Shown here in pieces: positions 53,413-64,000 of a stretch of 64,000 nt of DNA. Within the stretch, counting starts at the first letter, position 1, and every line of letters begins with the position of its first letter. The DNA is from Microbotryum violaceum (lineage: Eukaryota): contig CDLV01000011.1 in assembly GCA_001244265.2 (NCBI GenBank), forward strand, positions 620,001 to 684,000, given 5' to 3'. Position numbers and translations under genes: made by a program. Below the pieces are notes generated by a model. It searched no databases and was not told the origin of the DNA. It saw nothing but the letters and a program-made list of their open reading frames with translations.

Positions 53413-53487
53413 TCCTTAACAAGGGATGCAATGAGACGTTTTACTGCTGTGGCTTGGTATCTTCAATTCGATCCGATCCGCTATATA

Positions 53488-55170
53488 TTACCGGACTTCC
53501 TCCCCGTCCGAAGTTTCTTCCTCATCCGTCAATTCCTCTTCCATAGCGATAGCTCCTTCTCTCCAACCCTTTCTCTTTTTCCAACTCCATCCATCCCCAT
53601 TCGGTCCGATCGGTATCGGCAAGAGAACAGTCAACCAATGATATTGCCCCTCGGGTCGGAGGTTGAAGAAGACCTGCAAGTTGCGCTTCCATCCTAAGTG
53701 GTAAGGGTTGAGAAAGTTTTGACCGCGGACGGCCATAATGGTGGCGTAATGCTTGTGGTCGTACGATTCGACTGTCGTTTCGGCAACCATAACCTGCCAG
53801 AATTGACTGCGCCACGGATCGCAAGACTTGTCAGCTGCCTAATTTTGAAAGCAAAAGCGGTGATTGATGAACGCACAATGCCGTCATGACGGTCAGCGCC
53901 AGGGCGAGGACGAGGGTCATGATCCACAGCAGCAGCACAAAGTAAGTCGGCGCCCAATAAGGCCAATCCTTTTTATCGCAACGGTCCGTCTATTGTAAGT
54001 CCTACATTTGCCAAGGGTTTCGGAATGCGGATGCTCCCAGCAACTAACCAAGTCCATGGAAGCAATTGCCATCCACATTGAACCCCAGCTGTGGTACGAC
54101 ATGAACGCGCACGTAGCGGAGACATTGCATAGGAAGAGAACGAAGTAGCGCTGATTGTTGAGGCCGACGCAATCTACCGCCAGAGAAATTCACTCGTCAT
54201 TTGAGTTTCAACAGTTTAATTAAATTGATACTTACTATTGATCCAAGGACAGTGATGGTCATAACACAGGATGCACGTTTTGCACACGGAGCAGTGGTGA
54301 GTCCGCTCTGTTGAGGTTCCAACCGGACCTCGGAGGTGTCAGCCCCTAGGCCTCTCCATCATAAAAGTGTACACGGCAACTTACCTGGTTTGATCGGCCT
54401 GTGCCCGTCCTCCCTCAAAGGACATTTCCTGCACACTCTCGCTACCGCACCTCGATGGCCCTCATACGGCATAGGGCCTGGCTCCTCCGTCTCCGTGTTA
54501 ACGCCGGTCCGATCGACTTTCCTCGTAATCGCAGCGCGTTCCCTAGCGAGATTGACCTCCCTGACCGCTCTTGTGGTATATTTGTTTGTCCTGACCAATT
54601 TTTGAGACCGAACAAGGAATGCTAGAGGGGTGCATTCGAGCCAAGCGAGCAGAGGTCTCGAATCGACAAGGTTTGCTCCCTGAGGATCGAAAGGGGTTCC
54701 AGGGGGGACGGTGATGGCTTGATAGTACTGTTGGAAGAAGGATTCGAGTCCAATCTCCCTCGTTGTATCAATTCGGGTGCATAAAGTGACACTCACATGA
54801 AAACACATCATGACGACGAGATAAGGCAACAGAAAGGTGCCGAGCAGGAAGCTCGGCCAAGAGACGTTCGGTCCACGGAATTTGCTGGGATGAACTACCT
54901 GAAGAACGCCCATTCCGATGGGTATCAGATTACAGAGTCATCTGTTGTGCCTACAAAACGGCGCCTACCTCGAAGAATGTCCACACGCAGATGATGATGA
55001 TGATGATCGCCACCGTGATGAACAAAGGACCGACTGCGACGAGCGAGCAGGAAGCGGGTCAGCGGAGGGCACCACCGAGCAATGAATCTTGATGGCTTAC
55101 CTTTTCTTGTCAACCTATCGGCATTGCGCTCCATGCGCTTGCAGCATCGAAATACGCATCGCGAACATGC
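53488..55170 (-). CDS. DHHC palmitoyltransferase
   Basis: CRKC...[57 protein letters not shown]; the 5' end is approximate. Confidence 0.9.
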
Positions 55171-55934
55171 CGCGAGGCCAAGTGGGACCGCCACGACGAC
55201 GATGACAATGACGAAGACGGTTGAGCTACGTCCCCCACGCAACTCTGTGACTCGCCGAGGCCGGATGATTCAAATGCAGCTTCCAAGCTCTGAACGCGCA
55301 CAAAGCTTGTGTGGTGCACTGACGCGTCAAAGTGGGGAAGTGGGGACTCGTGCGCCGGCACTGTCGTGATCAAAAGGAGAGCCAGACCAGGCAGAGCAGA
55401 GTGACCAGAACAAGGCTCAATCGCGTCGGCTATCGGCGAGCTGCATCGTAAGCTGTCGTAATGCATCATCGCGTTTCCCAAGCCATCCGATTAGTTCTAA
55501 CTTCTCACTCTTTTCTCGCATCTGCTGATCATATACTCAGATGAGTATGCTCTTCTAAGCTTGACAACTCGCATGAGGGAACTTCGTGATGAAAGTTTTG
55601 AAATACACGATAGACCGGACAAGAGCGATACAGCTTAACACGGGGACCGACACAGATCGTATACGACGGCATGAGGAATAAAACAACGAGGGCGGTTAAA
55701 GACGAAAGCTGGGGCGGGGCGAGGGTGATACAACAGAGTCAAAGCAATAAGCGATGCGAGCAGGCGGTCGCAAGGGATGGAGGTCGCAAAGCAAGACACA
55801 AGCGGAGGGTGAGGGGAAGGTGTGTGGCGCCAAAGCCGTAGTGGCACAGGGTGGAGGAACAAAGTAACCGATACATGATGGTTGATGGTGCGGGGAAAAT
55901 GCATACATTCGATTCTGGGGGGTGTTCCGATCTC

Positions 55935-58806
55935 TCAAGCCATGACGTGGAGACTAATTTTTTCGACCATCGCACTGCGCGCGAGGACCCAAGTGAGATC
56001 TTCATCTGTTACGATGAGCACGGGCGCTTGAGAGGACGATGCTGTCGAGCTCGAGCGAACGTGGTACAACAGACCCCAGTCACCTTCGAGGTGCACGCCC
56101 ACGGTTGCGAACTTGGCGTGTGCCTGTTCAAGAAGAGCCGTGCGGGTCAAGCTCGAGCGATTGACGCGTACGACGAGGTTCGACTTGGGGTGCAGAAGCT
56201 TAAACGTGACGTGAGGTCGCTCGTGCGGTGGCAGTGAGCCGTTGACACCCGCCGACGAGGGCGACCAGAGGGATGCGGCGGAACCCGTTGAGGTCGCGGA
56301 TGCCGGCGAAGCGAGCCCCGTCTCAGCCCTCGGAGAAGCGAGAATGGTGTCGAGTGGCAAGCGCCGCGATGACGACAGCGACGACGAAGAAGACGCCGAG
56401 GTCGCTCGAGGTCGGAAATCGTGAGAGGGGCCTCGGCCAGAGGGGGTGTGGGGTGTCCCGTCTTGCGAGTAGAACGCCTCCATGCGAGTCGAAGCCGGCA
56501 AGGTCGATGCCTTGGGGGGAACGGGGAAGAACATGGGCAAGGGGACCTTGTTCGACAACGCCAGGTCGAGGTCCTTTTGCTGCTGCTGGTGCTTCGATGA
56601 GCCGAGCTCGCTCTGCGGGGTCGAGGGTGTGCTCAGATCCGAGAACGAGTAGTCGGTCGAGTCGCGGCGCGTCCATCGGCCGTCGGCACTTTGTTCGCTT
56701 AGCGATCGACTCATGATGGACGAACGCGAACTGCGCTTCGATTCAAGACTCGAGAGCGAAGCCGACTGCGAAGTATGGCCCGGGATCGGCTTGAGCGAAC
56801 CATTGCTGCCCGAACCGCGCTTCGGCATCGAAGGCCGTCGAGGTCGCAAATCCGTCGAGGGGACGCGATCGACGCGACCCGAAGAGGGGTGACGTCGGAA
56901 CGCCGCCGAGGGATCGGCCATGGGCTGCGCGTGGTGGGGCTGCGAGCTGCCCCACACGTCCTCGAACGAATACGTCGACGAAGACTTGGAGTTGGCCGAT
57001 CGATGGCGCGTCATTGCTGGCGCGTACATGGGCTGAGGCATCAGGCTGAGGCTGGAGCTGGAACCGTTGCTAGAAGGCGGGAAGGCGAAAGGCGACGTGT
57101 TCTGGGCCGGGCTCGACAACTGGAGTGGTGCGCTCGAGGCAAGGCCAGCGGGACCCGGTGCCACTAGGGAGACGAGGCTCGGCATCGGCTGCGTAACCGC
57201 GCGGAGCATCCTCGACGCCGAGAGCTGCGGTACAGGCTCGGATGGAAGGGCAGGGGCAATCTGGCTGTTGGCCGACGATCGCAAATCACCGAGGGATCGG
57301 AACGTACGCAAAAGTCCGGGTCGCTTCTTGTCGTCCTTAGACTGGGTCAAGACCTTCGAGCTCGAGCTAGCCGTCGCCGTCGTCGTCAGAGGCGACGCGA
57401 CGCGCTGCAACGCCTGGGCCTTGGAGATTGAGACGGGCGTAATGGTCGAGGTCGTTGACTCGGCGTACCCACTCGATCGCGAAGCGACTGACGCAGGGTC
57501 GACCGAAGCAGATCGATCCATCTGCGCGGGTCGGAGATGACCGAATTGGCTGCGCAAGTCATTTGACGAAGCGGCAACGCGGAGGTTCGTCGACGAGGCA
57601 TGCAGAGGCAGCCGAGGTCGAGCCTTCTGGGCTCTACCCGGTGGGAAGGCGCGGATCGTCGCGTTGGGTGAGATGTTCTCTTCGTCCTTGGCGGCCGCGG
57701 CGGCGAGGAACTGCGCGAACGAATCGCCGCCATCGTTGGGGGTGTCACCCCACGGCGAGTCAGATCTTGCAGGCGGCGTCGAGACGCTCGACGGCGAGGG
57801 GATCGAACTTCCGCTGTGGACGTCGCTCTCGCGCAGGCGGAAAAAGTCGCGGACCAACACGCTGTTCTTGACGTGATGGGGGAAGTCGAACAGGGATCGC
57901 GTGAACAGATCGAGTTCGCTGAGTCGCTCGTCGAGGATTGTCTGGCGACCGAAGAACACAGATTTTTTCGACGAGAGGCGTGGGATCGCTACCGCACTAC
58001 CCTGCTCGGACGGAAAGCCAGCCGATCTCGGGAAGGGCTGGTTGATGATTGGGAAGGCAGATGCCAGCCTGGGTGAATTGCCCAAAATGAGTCGTCAGTC
58101 AATGAACTGGGGAAAGCTCAAGCGCAACGGCTCGGGTGATCAATCACGTGGAAAAAGAAAGAACAGTGTACCTTGCGCGAAAATCTACGAATTCGCTCCA
58201 GCGTCGGAACACAGTATGGGGCTCCCTGGCATTCGCCATCGCCATCTTGCCCGTAGTCACCGAAGGTGGACGACCATTGGACGAGAAGGATGAAGCAGGC
58301 GAGAAGGAAGCATTGCAGGAGACGGGCGAGCAACCGTTGTTGACTGAGGGGTCGGGTACGGGTACCACGCGGCACGCATAATAGCAATGTCGGTCCTGCT
58401 TCGAGTGGTACGGTACGCACACGGACTGGATTGGTGGGTAGAGCCAGTCCTCAATCGTCGAGTTCGTAGGGACAAACTCATCGACCGACCGCCTCGGCGT
58501 GTCCTGCCCCAAGTTCGTGTGCTCGGCCCCATAGGAAGGATCCGCCACGGTCCTTGCCGACGAGACAGGGTGAGTCACACCCGCGGAGAGAGACGATGAG
58601 CGAGCCTGAGGACCCAAGGTGGTGGACTGCAACGAGGTCGGAGTCGAATTCGAGCTTGACGACGAAGTCGAAAGCGTCGAACGAGAGGCGTAGCTCAAAG
58701 CCGGTGAGGCCGGTCCCCCTGGCAAGCTTGACGAGAGGTCCAGCTCAGTGGTGGTCGGGACCGGATCGAAAGCTGGCAACAGCCGCGACGTCGATTGTTG
58801 TTGCAT
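55935..58806 (-). CDS. PX domain - long disordered linker - PB1 domain protein
   Basis: PX: CYYACRV...HTVFRRWSEFVDFRARLASAFP...IPRL...ERLSELDLFTRSLF...VRDFF (intron about 58070-58171); PB1: VTFKLLH...LIVTDEDL...KISLHV. Confidence 0.82.
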
Positions 58807-61800
58807 CTGGTAAGACTGGGTGAAGTGAGCCCAAAAGTGGAACAAGCCCAAAAAGACGCAGGATGAGTGGGCTGCTATCATGGCAATTGGTCCGGAGCTC
58901 AACGAACGGGCGCCGCGCGCTCGGGACCCGATCAAATGACAATAGTGTGCACTGACCATGTCGAGCGGGCCGGACGTAGATCGAAAGGGGACGAGTACCC
59001 TGGTAGATAGAGGAAGGGTCCACTCGATCAAGCGACGTCGAGGGTGAGCTGGGTCGAAGATCAAGCGCAAGGGGTTGCCGATCGACCTCCTGAGAATCTC
59101 GATCGTTGATGGTGATCGCTCGATTTTTTTATTTTATTTTTCAATTTAGCGCGGGTCGAGCCTGAAAGCGCGCATGAAAGGAATGACACGGTCAGTAACA
59201 ATACTCGACTGAGAGACAACGCATAGTATATGAGTGGTGTATCGTGTGTATGACGCTGTCTGCAAACCACTCAAATCGCCAAGACGGCGTGGCAAGGCAG
59301 CCTGCGGCAAAAGGGGCGACGAGGGTGAGGCGCGGAACGGAGGCGACGTTGAGCGACACGACCGCGACTGGCGAGGCCACCGACGGGCCTACGCACGATC
59401 GCAGATCGAATCTAAAGTACTCCCTCGCCATTCAAGCTCAACCAACATGCCGACACCTAGTGACCCGACACGTGCCCAGGCTGGCCAGGTGCACATGGAT
59501 ACCCCCCACACGTGCTCGAAACACTTGTCTTGCGTCCCAGCGCGTGATGCCGTACGTCCACGGTTCATCCTCGGCGCCGTGAACGCGAAACCGACGCGCG
59601 CTCGGTGTGGGGGGGCCCTGCGCGGCTGAGAGCTCACTCACGACTTTGAAACGAGCTGCGGCACACGCGGCCGTGAAGGAGGGCTGTATGGAGGGGCAGA
59701 CCGATCAATGACTTTGACGTATGGATGTGTTGATTGTCGCGGGGAGTGCGTCAAGGTCGAGTGGATTCGACAAGAGGTGGTGCCGTGCAAGGTCGAAAGG
59801 GAATGTCGAAAGGGAGACTGAGCGGCAACGGTCCTCACGCAGTCCTTGCTTGAGACGCGCCGCTGCCTGCCGCTGCGGCAGCCCGTTCGCACCCGTGAGG
59901 CCGTGAGGACTGGCAGGCGCTGGTGCCGACGACGCGTCCCCGCTTGGCACTATGATGTTCCTCACACGACTCTCAAAACAACAACAACAACGAAAACTGC
60001 GGTCTCCCCTGTTCTTTTTGCCTTTTCCAGCACACGAAATCTCTCCTCGGGTATCATCCCTGTGCACTGTTCTATCTAGGGATATATCGCTACAAAGAGA
60101 CTCCTGGGTGATCCCCCCAATATGAATGTATGCATTTGGCGATCGCCGGCCGATGCGTGAGCCGCCGAGCGCGCCTGGTGTTGCCGATGGCAGCCAATTT
60201 TCGTAAGCGCCAGCAGGAGGGCCGAATGTGAAAGGAGCTCGAACAGTCGGCACGTAGAAAGTGTTGGACTGACGTCACTATAGAAACCTACGACTCGGGA
60301 CATGATCGAACACGGGCACCAGCCTGGGGAACCTAAGATGGGCAGCGATTCGAAGATGGTTTCTTGGGCGCTAGGTTGCGCTGATCCGCTCCATCGTTTC
60401 TCCACAGCTCTGGACGCTTCCGGCGCCTACCCGCAAGTGACACGCCTCAAATTTGGGGTCCTGACGGGCTAGCCGAGTGTCCACCCTTGTCACCGAGGAA
60501 AAAAACTCCGAGCCTCCCTGCAGCTGTGAGACGGCAATGAATCTGTCCACGGGGATGTATCAATCACATTGGGCTCTGGCGACCGGAGCTGTAGAAGTCA
60601 ATGCTCGAATCTGTGTCGTGGGAGTTGCATCTAGGATTACGGACTCCTGACTTCTTTTCTTCAGTGCGGCCCCTTTCTTGGCCTAGCAGACTTGTCAAAA
60701 AGCTTGTCGTCTGCTCTCTTCTAACGTGACCAATACACGTTCTGTAACGAATAGGCCACGAGATTTTGAGCGGCTCCGGAAGTGTTCTCCAGCGGCCGCC
60801 CGCCGCCTCCTGGTGAGAGGACTTGGGCGGCGCGTCAACGGGTGAGACATACCAACGCTGCTCGAGGTTCTGAATCGTGGGGCGGTGAGGAGTGCTTGAA
60901 CCCCTAACCACGCAGATGCAGAAAGTCAGCTCATGTTCGAACATGAGCTTTCAATCCAAGACATTCTGCGAAGTCAAGATATCTACGAAGGAGGGGATGG
61001 CAGCTAGGAACCGTCCGCGTGGACCTAATCGCGCCAATCTTGACGGTACGGTTTTCACCCCTGTGTTAGGTGAGCGTCGCCGTCGTACCTAGCACAATGT
61101 ATTTTTCGCGAACTTTCCTCGAAATCCGGACTCGAAGGAGTAGAAGTCGGAACCGTAGCCGGACTCGAAGCAGAGGTGCTCCGTAGATGGAGTTAAGCGT
61201 CAGACGTCAGCCGTGAACCCGACGTCAAAGTCGAATCGCTGAAGAGAGAGCTAACCGTCAACCAAGTCATGGTTCTATGGCTGACTATTGAAAGGATAAA
61301 GCTTGTAGCATGAGGGATTGAGTTGCGTGATACGACAGCGAAGGATATGAAGCTTGTATGATTGCGACAGGCCTGGGATAATCGGCGACTACGCCGAATC
61401 GAGGCGCTTCGTGACGCAAGTAATAATATTTCGGAGCGGGTGAAGGTGAGTTCGAGCCGGTCGAAAAATTATAAGGAGGCTGTTTAGAAACACGCGGTCT
61501 GCTGTGCGATGCGATATGGCTTGTATAATCTGCCGTCTTAAGATGTGTCGCTCAGCTTGAACCCAAGAGGTGGGCTGGGAGAGTCAGAGCGAGAGACAAT
61601 CATCCAGGAGACAAATCGATGTTGCAAAATCGAACTCAGCAGGAATACATCGCGCTCTGCAGACGGTCAACTATATGGCCTGTTGCAGATCACAGCACAC
61701 GAATTCCGTGCGGTTGAGGGTCGCGCGTGTAGTACCTGAATCCCTGACAGAGAACGCCGTTATTTGGAGCTTGACAACGAAGTGCAAGCAAACGAAATCA

Positions 61801-62814
61801 TGGCATAGCTCATGAAATACATCGCTTAACCAATTACGGCTTGCAGAATTGACACAGTACCGAAGCAGGAGCGCGTTGTTTACAGATCATTCATAGCACC
61901 GCTCAGTGGCAGTCCGCAATTCGATCCAACAATGCCGCTTGAGTGTCACGATATGCACAGGCTCGCGAGCGGAGAGGCTATTTACACCTTGAGAGGTGTG
62001 CGACAAGTCAATTTATAATTTTAGTCGTTGTCTTACCGAAGCCTTTACCGAAGACGCATGGCTCACGGGGCGCTACATTGCGCTCGAGCATGAAAAAGCG
62101 GAACTCTTGTTGCCACCTCGACGGCGCGCGGCCCGGGCTGCGCAATTGGAGAAGAGAAACGGTGTGCGTGAGGAACGTCGATCACCGGCCGCTAATGATT
62201 ATTTCGGAGCATAAGCTCAGTTGTGATTGTGCGGTGGATCAACATTAGACTCTCCTATCTGGCGCGCGTGCGGGGTACCTCGGCATTCACATCCAGGCTG
62301 GGAAGCCCCACTGCATTTCTTTTTGAGGGACTCGGATGAGGTGATGAAAACGTTCGTAGCGCAAAGGATGGATTGTCAGGCTCGTGAGAAGTAGTCATTA
62401 TGTAAGAATTTTGCACCGATGGAAAAGGTGAACAGGAACGAGATGCATCCACCATCAGAATGGAGGCAGCCCGGTGACCGGCTGGTACCCACAGGCTGGC
62501 CGGCACACTTTCAGAGCATTGCAATAGTGCGGTTTGCACAGTGACATGGGAAAGCCTGATGAAAGTCTGCAAAAAGTCATCTTAGAGTTCGCAGTTGGCT
62601 CTCTGCGCCGGGACTTCATTTATGCAGCTGGTAATATGACCAGCTAGTTCGGTCCCACATGTGATAAAGGAGGCTTGTAGAGGCAAAATGTGTAGTGGCA
62701 GCTTAGTGGGGCTTAGTGGCCGGGGAAAAACCGGGCACGTCGCGTCGACGTCCCTAACTCGTTGTACAGACGCCGTACGAGTCAGTACACCCGCCGCCTC
62801 TTCTCAGCTCTGTC

Positions 62815-63800
62815 ATGAATTATCGACGTCTGAACAAAGTCTCAACCTTTGGCGACTTGCTTCATAGCATCTTCCCGCCCGGCCGCGAGATCATCAGTGG
62901 CCTCCTTGCGAATTCGACGTGGTCGCCTGACTCACTCCTAACATACGTATTGCAGCGCCCGCCTGGCGAGCGACTCCCTGAGAATCCTTTGGCTTTTGCG
63001 CTCTGCGACCCAAACATCGTCGACCGAGCACCGAGCACTGTCGGCTCTCGAAAGTGGGCTAGCTCGAGAGGGTCTTTCGCACGATTCCATTCTCCCGATC
63101 GAAGCGACGAGCAACGTCCACGTGTTCTACACCCATGGCGGCCTTGACCCTCGGCAATCACAACAACAGCAGTGGGCACGCTTGGACGGCTTCTCGACTA
63201 TGTTCCTGCCGATTCTGATGCAATTGATGCAATTCGTCGGTGGATCCGCAGTGTTCGAGCCCTCAATGCTGACGGAATGCCTCGGGCAGCCACTGCACTG
63301 GCTGGCAGAGGGTGGGGGGGGCGTTGTTCAATGTTGCCCTTGGCGAAAACCATCGTCAACGAGAGGATGAGTACCCGGTCTTCAGAACTTCTCTCAGCTT
63401 GGTTCTCGAATCAACCGCAATTGAAAAGCTTGAGCTCCTTTACGAGCACGAGGCAGCTTCGAGCGTTGACGAGGGGATGTCACCCTCGCCAGCCCCTGGT
63501 CGCGGAGGGCTCATCGACATGCGCATCCTCGATGCTCAGGGCAAAGACCAAACACTGGAAGAGGTTTCAGCGATGGTGGCACAAGTGAGCTATGAGTGGG
63601 GGAAAGAACGTCAAGCTCAGTCTTCTCACTCGTGTTTACTTTTCGGTACCTCGGTAGATGTCACTGCATATTCTGCACGCCGCTCACGGACGTTCCGGAT
63701 TGTTCTATGCGGCGCTTTATTTCATTGTTGTCGAGCTTGGTGAGTCCGGTCCATGCCTTTCCAATGTGGACTCGGCCCGCAGCTATGGTACACAGATTTT
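62815..63800 (+). pseudogene. Probable frameshifted gene relic
   Basis: Chain of overlapping protein-like + strand ORFs switching frame (one switch at a G run near 63311-63320), followed by GTGAG donor sites; no recognisable family. Confidence 0.35.
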
Positions 63801-64000
63801 TGACGAGCTGTCTACTGACATCGCCAACTTCGGTCATGGATGGGAAGGCGTTCCTCTTGTACGACACCTTGGACTCTGCTAAATTTTGCGAGAGTGCGCG
63901 GGCGGGAAGTCCGATATATAAAGTCGAGGTGAACGAACCGAGGTCGCAAAAAGGGAGCACCAGGAAACCACTTGAAAACGTGAAGCGGGTGATCCTCCCG

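Overview
Gene-dense, GC-rich eukaryotic DNA with many short GT(G/C/A)AG...CTGAC/CTAAC...YAG introns. It is most consistent with a basidiomycete yeast, probably Pucciniomycotina/Microbotryomycetes (inference). Recognisable spliced genes: a ubiquitin-AN1 zinc-finger fusion, a SET-domain methyltransferase, enolase, cullin-3, an RsfS/ATP25-like protein, phosphatidylserine synthase, SKP1, mRNA guanylyltransferase, two TLC-domain paralogues, an NAD(P)-dependent epimerase, the AFG2 AAA ATPase, a DHHC palmitoyltransferase and a PX-PB1 protein. There are also several hypothetical genes and decayed gene copies (1-4.8 kb, 37.6-39.6 kb, 62.8-64 kb). The most notable observations are four. (1) A spliced 429-aa gene (46875-48294) resembles the animal meiotic telomere-bouquet protein TERB2 at both its BRCT-like N-terminus and its C-terminus. 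(2) Two abutting long inverted repeats (2463-3420) form a candidate hairpin-RNA locus between two paralogues of an uncharacterised membrane/coiled-coil family. (3) A PB1 + catalytically dead retropepsin-like protein. (4) A candidate structured ncRNA between ENO1 and CUL3. Exon boundaries were read by eye and no database searches were run.
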